Assembly: GCA_026023565.1 (NCBI GenBank)
Contig: JAPETS010000010.1
Span: 372,001-436,000, forward strand
From: Cirrosporium novae-zelandiae
Taxonomy: Eukaryota
Length of the DNA: 64,000 bases
Reading direction: 5' to 3'
Part shown: in pieces, positions 25,253 to 37,628 of the stretch
Position numbering within the stretch: the stretch's first letter is position 1
How the letters are laid out: each line of letters begins with the position of its first letter
Program-made: the position numbers and the translations under genes
The notes under the pieces: model-generated
The model's input: only the letters and a program-made list of their open reading frames with translations
Databases searched by the model: none
What the model was told of the DNA's origin: nothing

Positions 25253-26079
25253 TTACCTTCACTGTCGAACCGGTGGCTTTGTGCGGATATCCCTAGCATT
25301 ATACCCCACCCAGAATCTGGATTTGGCATTTTTATGCTTATTCCATTCGATCACGCACGCAATTGAGCTTCCAACTATGAATTAACAGACCTTAAAAGTG
25401 GCTAGAGGAGGTATATATTTATTTCGCACGCCTCTAGCCAACGTTCCCACAGCCGCCATCAACAACATTAAATATATTCAAACTCTATTGTACCGCACGC
25501 AGTATAATTGGCTGCATGCTTTTCCTGGTCTTTTGTTTCTTTGCACAAAAAAGAGAGCCTTCTTGCCTATTTGCTTGGACTTTGACAAACGGCGAAAATT
25601 TGGAACAAACAATGTGGGGGGGGTGGGACAAAAGGGATAAACATACATGCCCATGAATGGGACTGGAATGGCAAAGGGCAAACAGAGCAGCTGAATATAC
25701 TTCATTCGTTCTGAGTTGTAAATAAAAGCATATGTCCTTTGCTTGCTTTATCCATGGGTTGGATTGGAGTTACTAGGTTTTTGTTTTCTGCAATGGCGAA
25801 TAGGGAAAGGGAGGTTTTTTCTTTCTTTCCTAAGATTCTCAAATTTAGCTACTTGATTGCGAATGATTCCACGTAGCAAGTTTTGCACTTGGCTTCTGAG
25901 ATGGTGAGAGAGGAGTAGGTCGAGATGGAGGTCGAAACTAGGAAGAGGATAGATGTTTATAACTGAGCTTTTATATCCAAATGGCCTAGTGTGTATGTGC
26001 ATACCTTTACCTACTACCCAGGCACTTAGCATATACATACCTACACACGCACAGACAGAAATCTACATCAACAGAAGCC

Positions 26080-26117
26080 AAAATCCAAAATCCAAAATCC
26101 AAAATCCAAAATCCAAA
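26080..26117. repeat. (AAAATCC)n heptamer tandem repeat
   Basis: About 5 copies of aaaatcc. Confidence 0.8.
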
Positions 26118-29100
26118 AACAAAGCCAAAACCACCCACTCACTTCCCTTTTGCTCCTCCGGATCTTTTTCGCTTTTTGTTCAGGGGTATTCTAAGTGATA
26201 GATATAGGGAGGAGATCCGACCCGATCCGATCCATGCTTCTTCCCCCATCAAAGCAAACAAGCGAAACAGGCTATAATTACGATTTTGTGGGGAAGTTTG
26301 ATGTTTTGGGAGATGGGGTGGATAGATGGAGTTTCGGGTTCTGGGTGTTGGGTTTTGTGGGTGGTCTGAGGGTTTTTGGGTGTGTCCGGGTGCCATAAAT
26401 AATTACCAGGTTAGGTTCGATTCCCAAGAGCGCTAATTAGTGATTTGGTCACACTTGGTCGTCAGTGTTCTTCTTTCTCTGGTGTGAGGAGGGGTTCCTA
26501 CAAACATGCATGTATGGGGGTTTGTGGTTGGTGGGATACGGCGGATAGTACTGTACATACATTCGTGAAAGGAAGGATCGCGTGTGGTAGGGGTTATTTC
26601 GTAGTCAAGGTCAGAGAGAGTCTAGGTCTCCACCTTAAAACTGCTGTTCATTTTTTTTCCTTTTTTTTTGTTGAGAGAAGTGGGGAACTAACTGGATGGA
26701 TGAATGGGTGAGTGGAGTGGATAGTCTCCATCATCATCATGCCATTATATTATGCAAGCGGTAGAATAGAGTAAGTAGTAGAAGGAATTGGTATAGATAT
26801 AGTATATTACTATTAGAGAGAGAAGAGAGAGAGGCAAGTCAACACTTTTTAGGCGACATGTGGAAAATAAAATGAATAATCATCAAGTTAACACTTTTAA
26901 CCTTTCTAAGCCGAGAGAGGACATGGGGTAACTATCCGCTTAAGTTAGTGGATATCCACTCGGTGCTTGGCTATATAACTTGGCTATGTTATAACATATA
27001 TACACATGGATTTGTTTTCTTTTTTTTCTTTTTTGGTTTAAACGAAACATGGGAGGGAGGGATGCGATAAGACAAGGGAAAAAGCAGCAAGCAATTATTA
27101 GCAAGGGTAAATTTTATTAATTATGTGGTTGTGAAAACTGGGGGGAGGGGAAAGGAGGGGAGGGAAGAGGAGAGGGGAGTGTGTTCCCAATTCCGAATTA
27201 TTAATTCATGAAGAAAAAGAAAATAACAACAACAACAAAGAAGGAGTTAATTAAGACCAGGTTAACAACTATTATAGCTATGCAAAATGGGGGTTTCTTG
27301 TTTGGTATTATGATATAGTTATAAAGGAAAGAAGAGGCAACAAGGAGTTCAATTAAGACAAGGATAAGCTTATGACTTATGAAAAATGAGGTTCTCATTC
27401 AATAAATAATTGATGAAGGAAGAAAGAAAGAATAGAAAGGAAGGAACAAAAAAAAAGACCGCCAGTGAAGCCCTTGTCGAAGTCCCATTGTAATTTTTGT
27501 GTATTGTATATTATAATGTATGGTGCACACTACGAGAAGGGTAGGAGAAGACCTCGGACCTCACGGGGATAAAACCGGACATGAACAAAAAACCCTACTC
27601 TTATTCTTAATCTTAATTCATGATTTTAAGGAAAAAGGCGATGATCTTTTAGGTTCTAAGCGTCTCGAAGCTTTTTCTAAAACTTTGACAGGGGATAAGA
27701 GGATGGTATGTGCCTGTTAATTGTAATTCTGTGAGAAAAGTAGGTTATGTATGTGTTTAAAGTGTAGTCTTCATAGAATAAATGAGGCGGAGAAGCAGGG
27801 GCCCAAGGCGTGTGTGTGCAGACCGATTTAAAATTGTTTGAAACGTTCATGATGACCGTTGAGGCTATTAGTCGATGTAAGCGCTATTTCAAAAATGAAT
27901 AAGGTGTGAATGGTATCAAAGACAGGATGCAAGGTCAGTGCCTCATTATACGGCTGAGTCGGATCCTACTAGGGATTGACATCCTAGCTCAGAATAGACT
28001 CAGTCGCAATTAGTGAGTGGCTCTGCTATTCAGGAATGTCTAGGGTATGAGGGGATTCTAGAGAGAGAAGGCACCTACTCTATGCATTGAATAGAACATG
28101 ATCAACCTGTCAAAGGCAAAGGTATAAGGTGACATTCCGTCACGCTTATGAGAATGAAATATACCCTCAGTGCATATGAACAAGGATTAAAATTAAGCAT
28201 ATACTATATACTAAGTTTATCAGCAAAAAGAAGTGAGTGAGGGTAGTGGTCGGGCATTGTTGAATAAGGACCATTCTCTAGAATAGCCATTTAGGCACAC
28301 ACACAGCGTGTTAAGTGACCAAGTAACATAGGGTTTAAGGCTTTAATCCTTAAGCAGGGTTGTAACCCTTCCCTCTGTTCGTCCATAGTATGCTGTAAAT
28401 CACTAGCCGAAAAAGCAAATAGAGGACGTCAAGGAAGGAATTTCCGCGAGTAGAACGCCAACTTGGCCGTTGAGGCGTTGATTACAAGAAGACTTGATCT
28501 ATCTGTCAGGGGGAATCAAAAAAAGCACACTGAAAGTGATTTGGCGCAGGGAAAGAAAAGAGTACATATTAAGGGTCAAATATGTGAACTCGGGACCCTC
28601 CATGAAGACAGTTGTCTGTTCAAGAAGAAAGATTTCGGCACAAACAGAGGCGCCTAGGTAACACATCGAAATTTAAGATACAAGCCATTTCCATATCATA
28701 GATTTCAAGATAGTCGAACCACTACAAAATTTAGGGTTCGAGTATGAAGCTTGTGTAAAAGCCCGATCAGAGAGTCAATGTCTATGTTTGGATAGGATTA
28801 GACTCCCTTTTCTCCGAATAGGTTTCACATGCCAGTATTCAACGTCCCAGAAAACGTCTGACTAGTCGACCTCTCGCTCCCCCCTGGCATCTAGAATTTG
28901 TACCTAGAAGATCGCCATACCATGACAAGTGAAATGCTGATGTTGAGGTTGTTTCCCTCGGAGGATCTTAACATATTGATAAAGGTTGGGGCAGGGCATT
29001 AATGATTTTGCTAATATTGACGAAGCACCAGATTTAGAAAGCTAATTCATTTATCATAAAGACCTGGCATAAAAGGATGGTCTGATTCTGAAACAAATGG

Positions 29101-32100
29101 ACCCAGAGGCATTGACAAGTTGATTGCTCCTCCATATGGTGGTTGATGGGACGGCTTGAACTAGATTCCGAGTGGCCTCCAATTCAAAGGCGGTTTTTTA
29201 TTTGATGTATCTCACTAAAAAGGTGCCAAATCAGCAAATGCGCCACTCCGTAGATGATATCAAATCTCCATAAAGTTCTCATCATAGTTAAGTCTGAAGT
29301 CTCACAAAGTTATTGTGGCCTAAGCCGTAATAGGACTACGTTGGGGAGATCTCATGAAGCACAGGTAACTTTGACAGTAGACTTCCTTGTTTGGGTATGA
29401 TAATCCGATTCTTTGCAGCTTGAGTCACAGCGGAGCTGGTAAATGCAAGAAGGTCGATTTCATATCAAATGAATATACTCTCACGTGGATATTGCATGCA
29501 CGGATCTTCGATACGTGTCCTGTCCTATAGTCAACGAACCGCCGTTGACTACAAAATAGTGCACGCGGATTTAAGACGATGACGGTGAAGAACCAAAAAA
29601 ATACTAAGCCTGGAGAGTAACAATGACGGCTTAAAAAACCATGGAAGAGCTCGGTGGCCGGATGAGATCTCATTTGCTGTAGATCTAGCTACCGGGTGTA
29701 ACAGAAATGCTGAATTTCACGAACCTTTTGCAGACGTTGAAAGCCGCTTCACTGGGCAGGTACGCGCGTCACAGAAGCGCTACACGAGACAGGTGAAAGC
29801 TAGAATGGTGCTGTGGTGCGAACAACACATGTCCAATGAACTACCGGTGTAGATGTTGTGATTATAACTGGAACAGGCAATAATACTAAACTCAATCACC
29901 ACGATTATTTGAGTGCCCTGCATCTAGAGGAACCGGGTTGACGGCCTTAAATCCCGAACGGCGAAGCCACTCGGTTGTTCTTGTTGAGTGTGACGTCTCA
30001 ATCCATTCCGGGGATGAAGATGTGGGAACTAGGAATGGAAATCGCAGATAGGCCAATCAGGTAGGGCTTCCTGCAAGACATAGCGATAGCGCCGTAGCGG
30101 GGAACAAATCTGCGAAATCGCATTCTGCAAGATACGATTTCGATGAATGCTTCATTTTTTCTCGCTCAGAAGATGCAGGCCAGGGTCAATCGAGTCTCGA
30201 GGAGTACAGATCATCGTAAGTTCCACAAAATCCAAGAGCCTCCATGTCAATTGAACAAGCCACCAGAACAAGTCCAATGCTGCCAAGGCTTAAAATACAC
30301 CAGAAAAGAGGGTACGTCTATTGCTTTTTGCAAGCGGCGTTCTTGTCAGGTGCCGTCGGTGTAATCGTCCATGACGTTTACAGATTCGATCGTGAGTGTT
30401 ATCACCTAGGTTGCACCGTTTCAAAACCATGGGGCTGCAAGGAGATCTAGGATTGTGACTTTAAATTCGGGAAGGTGAGATGGGAAAGAAGCCCGAAAAT
30501 CATAAGATGTAAGAATACCCATCAAAATCAGCCACAGGCGCTGAATAGTCTGGCCGTCAACTGCTGTACGCATATACCCCCAGAAGAAAAGGTGGTCTTC
30601 AATATCTTTCACGTTCTGGCGCAGGAACCAGTAGCAGCTGACACTGCTGGGCCAAAGGCCGTTTGACTGTACTCGCGTGGAAATGTTAGTTTCAGCAACG
30701 ACAGGCATTATCCTGAACTTATATGCAATTCCCCGCTATATTGGCATAGCATGTACCAACGGCAAGATACATGTGCAACTTGGAGTCCACTGGGATGAAG
30801 AAGAAGGGACATCCCGCAAGTCTGCAGTAATGATGAAATAAGAGAGTGCGAAGGAAACCAAGACGAGATGGCTCTTGCAGTTTCTAGGTGTGAAGCATTG
30901 AATACGAGAAGCATGGATGGACTAGCCCAAGAACTTATGAAGGCGAGTATAGCTATATCAAGTGTCAATTAGACGGGTATCAGATAGAAAGAAGCCATTT
31001 TACCAGACGCGGTTCTTTTCGTCTTCCTTAAAGAGTAATTCTGTCCTCCGTTATGTCTCGCATATGCTCGGCAACACGGCTGGAAGGTCAGTGAATGGTG
31101 AATTACAGCGAGCCAAAAGGAAACAGGATTAGGAGACGGGAGTAACGAATATTGGAATAGATATGTCAGAAAGATGTCGAGGATCCCAGATTGTTGGGTA
31201 TTTTCATATTAGGAAGACATCCGTCTTGGCAGGCTTTGTTCGTCCTTGAGTATGTACCAGCCTTAGTGTGTCAAACTTGTGGGTTGCTGGAGAGGAATCA
31301 AAAAGGATTTTGTGTGGTTCATCGTCATCTAGCCTTGATAGCGCTTAGTGGCTCGATAGCGTCAGTGTTTTTTTTTTTTTGACCGAGTAGTGAGCTCAAA
31401 CAGTAGCCAAGCTGTCAAATGGAATCAAAGAGTCAGCGATGATCAATTTTTAGCCACAAGTTCAAAGATAGTAGATTGGCTGTCACCTAATGAACGACGA
31501 TTGGAGGATAATCCAGGTAGGACAATGCAGAAGCAATTAAACATGGTGGCAGTAGGGATGTTGCCTGAAAGTTGATGCGGAATGTTCGTGAATGGCACAT
31601 TTGAAAGTGTGATTGAGGGCTTGAAAGTGATGGGTGATGGGTGATGATCAAATGGTACACCTTGGGGATGAATGGGGCGAATGGGAATGGGGAATAGGAA
31701 ACGGGGAATGGATTATGATTCCTATGGGACGGGAGCTAAACAAAACTAGAATTTTGTAAGAAGCTAAACAATAGATAATAGGTTAACACTTACCGAGTAA
31801 TTATGCACTTGCATTGTACTGAGTATAATTGTATTGTATTTGTATGTATTGTCTTATAGAACTAAACCATATAACATTGTCTAGCAAATGGTTATGACAT
31901 CCAAGACAATTGATTATCTAAATTGTTATGAAAAGGTGATTGAAGTAATTGAATCTAAGTGTTTGTATATGTGTGTTTTTGTGTAACTGCCTCAGATCTG
32001 GATTCTTCTTCGGTCCTTTTAAGGTACTCAACAGGGGTTTCAATAGTCAATTGCCAATCTGTGAGTAACGTTTGCTGCCAACGAAAATATCATTCAATGG

Positions 32101-33666
32101 ATTATAATAACCAAGTCAATTAATATCCCCCCCCTCCTCCTCAAATCTGGCTACCGGTAATGCAACTGCCATCTGGAATCTGAAGGAACATCAATAGCCT
32201 TGGAGAAAAAACTTAAGGAATCCGTCGTCGATCTTTGGTATGGAAATTCCACTGCAGTCATATCATAACATAGCCCCTGATATTCCTCAGGAAACAAGGA
32301 AGACCGATGCAATAAGCTCCTCAATGACACGCTGACAGGCCTCATGCAACACAAAGCGATTCCAGACCTCATACTTGGAGCCTTTGCTCAGGAGGAAGTA
32401 ACTGGGAACTGGGTCAAAAGATAGTGGATGACTTTATGGGTTTGTGTTCATCAGCTTATCTGCAAGTAGCCTAGCATGCCGTCTCTGAGAACACCTAGAA
32501 AATTGGGAAAAGCCCTTTGTGCGACGATGACTGTTAACACCGAGGTTACCATGAAGGAACCTCCCTGAACTAAAGTCCCATGGAGCCCTGCTATCTTTCA
32601 AGCCTCCATCTTTCGGCCTATCTTTAACAATGATTAGCTAACCGCTTGATGTCAACATTTTCCGGATCATGCTCACCATTATTATAATCGCCATGGCCAT
32701 CCGACCATCCAGTCACTGTATCATGGATGTGCTGGTTAGAGTCTACTAGACTAGACTACTATAGCTCTCTGGATATGAATCATGATGCTTGAATCTCGTG
32801 CGTCTTGAACGGATGGTCTACTATGGTGAATGCCAAGTCTTGTTGAAACTGAGTTTGACGGACCAGTATCTAAAGACGCGGTTGAAGTTTCTGTTTTTGA
32901 AGATCAGCTTGGTGGACTCTTACAAAGTTTTACAGATATTTCCGAGGTAATGAGGGCAATTACATTGAAATACAGAGGATTTACAGTCCAAGCAAGTCAA
33001 TTCAATTTGACACAGTCTCATTTCATGAATCCCTGTTTTTATTTTATTTATTTTTTCTTGATCTGCAATAGCTTACCGGCTGAACATCCCCCACAGAATG
33101 GTTCTTCCTGGCATCAAAAAGATTTAGTGATAATTGATGATAGGTGACTGGTCGATTGAGGATAAGTTTGTCGGGGAAAAGACTTTCAGCTCTCCGGGGA
33201 GTGTGGAAAGAGGGGGGAGAAGTGTTTGCTTGTCAGGCGTCAAGGCGTGTGCGTGAGTGGGCATTTTGAGGGAGTGAGAGAAGTTTTACGGTTCGCATTT
33301 TTGAGGCATCAAAATGGAAGCCTCAGAGAGGATAAGTCCATGTAGGGCAACTGCAGCCCCCAAAAAAACCATCTAACCAGAAATGTGCCAAGAGATTTAT
33401 AGGAGACGATGATGGCTTAACGGGGTCCAAATATGTCCAAGTATGCATAGATGCAATCTTACATTGCCAAGCAGAACGAGTTTGCCAATCTTTGACAGGA
33501 ATTATTTTCTCAAATTATCCACTGGCGACCACTTTTGTTGGGTTCAACCTTGATGATATTTAGGTCATGGGTACGACGCCGCCTTGCTTTGGAAGCCATG
33601 GTTAGCCCTCCCTCTCTGCTTTCTATCCTCTGTTCTCTGGCTTTCTGCTACCTCGACAACAATCAG

Positions 33667-33795
33667 GTAAAAATAAAAAACAATAAAAAATAAAAAGAAA
33701 TAAAAAATATATTGAATAAAAAATAAAAAAATAAAAAAATAAAAAAATAAAAAAATAAAAAAATAAAAAAATAAAAAAAATAAAAAATAAAAAAA
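33667..33795. repeat. A-rich (AAAAAAAT)n tandem repeat
   Basis: More than 10 imperfect A6-8T units. Confidence 0.85.
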
Positions 33796-34379
33796 GTGAA
33801 ATCTAATTGGTAGGGAATGAATGGTAAGAATTGGTGGGAATTACCATATCCCATATGCTTTTTATCCCTACTTTCCTACTTTTAGACCTAGTGAGTATAT
33901 ATATTGTGGCTGGTCATGGCTACCTCTGTCATCCACGATCTATTCTGCACTGTAAGCGCGGATGGCACCCGGATGGTAACCCGACCTTTTCAAGCCTTGC
34001 AAGCCTTTAATTTTTTCCTGCAACTGCCGGACACGCGAGGAGCTGTCATTGCTCAGGTGCCTCAACTGCCGTCATCAAAGTTTTTGGATTTTGGGTAGAG
34101 ATGGATCTGTTAATATTACTCTTATGTTATGATTTTATTACTTACTAATTCGATACTGGTCGATGATCTCCCGTGGATGTTCGACAATTGGGTCAATATA
34201 TTGTATCTAGGTACAGTATCTTGGTATTTGAAAGCTGAGCTATACGTGGAAATAATTACCCAGTACTTACGACTATATGAATGGATGGATGGATGGATGA
34301 ATAAATATATGAATGTAATAATAACAATAATAATAATAATAATGAATAATGACCTCGTCACCTTTTCACCCCCTCTTTC

Positions 34380-34430
34380 TCTTCCCCTTCCCTTTCCCTT
34401 TCCCTTTCCCTTTCCCTTTCCCCTTCCCCT
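34380..34430. repeat. (CCCTTT/CCCCTT)n polypyrimidine hexamer repeat
   Basis: cttccccttccctttccctttccctttccctttccctttcccc. Confidence 0.85.
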
Positions 34431-34706
34431 TCTCTCGGGATGATTCGGCGTTCTAGTAGCTCATCCCTCTTTGTCTTCCCAAGATTTTCTCTTTTCCTAT
34501 CAGGAGTGGTCTGTGCATCCTACACAAGATCTGACGTTTCTCCCCTAAAGTTCACTTGTGGTCATCGGCTTTCGATCTAACTACCATTTAGCTAATACAG
34601 AAAATAGTGAACTAAATAATTTAATGTATTCATCTTGCCCCACAGATCAGAGATTTCCCGGTTAGCCGAATCTGTTGAATTTTGACAGGTTCTGTCTCTC
34701 TTTGGC

Positions 34707-34759
34707 GACCTTCTGGCGACCTTTTGGTGACCTTTTGGTGACCTTTTGATGACCCTTTG
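34707..34759. repeat. Imperfect 11-mer tandem repeat (GACCTTTTGGT-like) x~5
   Basis: gaccttctggc gaccttttggt gaccttttggt gaccttttgat gaccctttg. Confidence 0.75.
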
Positions 34760-36507
34760 AACAAACCCTCGCGGACCTTGTTGTATTGCTTATTCCCCCA
34801 TTGGTTATCAATGCGCCTGACTCTGTAATTCAGAGTTCGCGCCTGTTCCCTGTCAATTAGTGAGACGCCATTCCGATCTTGCTTCTCCAAGACCTTCAAG
34901 GATCCCCCCTACCTTCTAACCAGGACCCAGGTGAGCTTCCATCGGTTCGTAAGCCATCCTCCCTGCAGATCACGTTGATTAATATTATCAGGCTATCAAT
35001 AATACTTCAACACTTTAAACGCCCCTGATGCAGGCCTTGGACATTGCGGCATCCTAGGCCTCCTAGGCCTTCCAACTTCAATTTAATCCTTATGGGCATA
35101 ACTATAAGATGATTATAGAAGAATTGTTTCCCAGGGAAGCCCTGAAGCCCTGAAAAGCCCTTGCTCTGTTCCTATCCGATCCGACCCAAATGACGAACAA
35201 GTAGGTCGATCGGCTGACATGATGGAAGTCCATGTCTAACATGCTGAAAATACAAGTTCGTCTGATCTGGATTGCTACTTGCTACTTAATTATTTTTTTA
35301 TTTTTTTAAAAAAAAACTGGAAGAAAGGACAAGTGGAACTGTCTGCGCCGTTCCGGTTTGGTGCACGATAGGGTTGTGTTTTACAGTTTCCGGATCCTCG
35401 AGTTTAATTGGAGCAAGTGCAACGCCGGACGTCCTTGCCTGAACTTAACTACGGTTAGATATGATACTATGGTACATTGATACTATGATACCTTGGGCTG
35501 GGTAGTCCGTAGCTCCTTGGGCTTGACTCCAACAAGATTCTTTTCTCCATTTGACCTCATTATTTGCTTTCTGTGCCTTCCTCCTCCCTTCGGTGTCTTC
35601 TGTACCTTCTGTACCTTCCATCCACTCCCTTTAATTGGTCCCTCCACGCTGTCAAAAACTATTGCAGAATTTGCAAAAAAAAATAAAAAATTGCAGAATT
35701 GGTGGGTCAGCGAGTAGACAATAGTCCCCCCTCCCTCCCCCCCAGAGATAGACATTTCCCATATTCTGGCTTGTGGAATTCGGGGTCCTTCCCGTCGTCA
35801 CCTCACAGCTTTGTCGGCCTCTTGCATCAAGTGTGCCTTCCCTTGCCCAGAAATGAGGAAACAAGGTGGTACTGTAGATGCATTATTGGATTCAGCAGGA
35901 GCAGCCTCACTCTATCTAATTGTGAATGACCTACTCTAAACCAGATCTTTTTCGTCAGAGTCTACACCTGCGGGGAACTTATTTTTTTTCGCTTGGTTCA
36001 ACGGTCACAGTCTATCTTCCTACAAAAGCTGTGACCAAGGACTTAGAAATAGGTAGTGATCAAGTCCTGATCCTGATCTACGCTATCAAGACAAAAATAT
36101 GTAAGTTAATGTTATCTACTTTCAAACTACCTTCCATTTCTCCAGACGTTTAGTTATCCACACTTGGACTTCTTAATGGTTGAGCACTTTTAATTGCTTT
36201 GCACGGTCTTTGATGAACCATCCATTTTACGCCATTAGCTTATTCTCTACCCCCCAAACTTAAGTTCAACTGGTACATCGAACTGTCAAAGCATAATTTC
36301 CTCTCATCATTTAGAATACTTAGCAGGAGGCGCACCTCTTATTAGACACACGTCTTTATCTATCATCAGATTATTTCTACACTCTCTGACCTTCTTACAG
36401 TATACTTCTCCATTTTTTTCTGAATGAAGGCCCCTTCAAGTCTCACTACTCATATATACCCTCCAACTCATACATCTACCAAATATAACACCGTCCACCT
36501 GATAGCC

Positions 36508-37628
36508 ATGCACAGGACTCAGCACTCCCAAGCTCGTCTGGGAGAGGAATCCGTGCGATTGCCACCCATTCAGCATGTACGTGGGACTGATTGGTTTTTA
36601 TTCTGCCTTGCTAATACAATAGACTAGTTACTTCATATGCCAGATTCCGCCAACCAACCAATAAAGCAAACTAGTCATTATCCCCCGTCGCCAACTGAAT
36701 TAAACCTGCCTTCTGGGGCGAGATCGTTTGCGCCATCACCTCCTATGGGCTCTTGTTCAAATAGACCACTTGAAAACTATCGTTTTGACGAAAGAAGCTC
36801 TAAGAATGATCAATATCAATTACCCTCACCTTCAACATCATCTCCCCGAGCCCAGCAGTTACCACCACTCTCAAACCCCTCATCTAGGCATATGAGTTAT
36901 GATTCTCGATCTTCGCTATCTGATCGGGCCCCAAATACTTATATTCCTCCCATGCGGACAGACTGGTCTCCGGAATCTCCTCATACTATTGGCTTACCTC
37001 CAATCCAGTCTATGGATATTGACGGTGGATCCACATACCCAATACCCAGAAATGTGCAATTCCCTCCACGACAATCAATTGATGGACCACTTCGTGAGAT
37101 CAATCCAGGTTCCTCCTCATTAAATGGCCCCCATGATCAGTACCCAACAACAGCCCCAACCATGAGCCATTACCCTCCACATCCAAACGAGCAAAGTCGT
37201 TACCTTCAAAGACATTCCTCCTATCCTGCAATGCAGCAATCACCAATGGATCGATCACCCTTCGGAAGTAACGGCAATAGTCCTGTGACATTTGAAGCAA
37301 TTACTGAACGCCCCGACTATCGAAATCGGAAGAGGCGTGGCAATCTCCCCAAATGGGTGACAGATATCCTCAAAGATTGGCTTCAGCGAAATCTTGACCA
37401 CCCATATCCCACCGAGGATCAAAAATTTGACCTAATGAACCAAACAAACATGGATATGCAACAGGTAAAATTTAACAGCCCACTTTTTACTTATTACATT
37501 AGGCTAATATTATTTGCTCATAGTTGAGCAACTGGTTTATTAATGCTCGACGTAGGAAAGTGAAACCTATGAAAACCAAAAGGGACCGGGGGGAATGGAC
37601 CGGCACAGAGGATGATTTCGATAAATAA
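36508..37628 (+). CDS. TALE-class homeodomain transcription factor (Cup9/Tos8/TGIF-like, Homeobox_KN)
   Basis: Introns 36577-36627 and 37465-37523. RKRRGNLPK...WLQRNLDHPYPTEDQK...LSNWFINARRR (PYP loop, WFIN). Alternative in-frame ATG at 36424. Probable 5'UTR intron 36101-36400. Confidence 0.93.

Noticed and set aside
26411..26434. GGTTCGATTCCC, a tRNA T-loop/B-box-like sequence
   Set aside because: The T-stem has a mismatch, and no matching acceptor 5' strand, D-arm or anticodon arm is found upstream. At most an isolated B-box.
30143..30968. Several 60-95 aa ORFs on both strands in the gene desert
   Set aside because: No family motif, and I could not assemble a consistent spliced model or transposon domain (RT, integrase, DDE).
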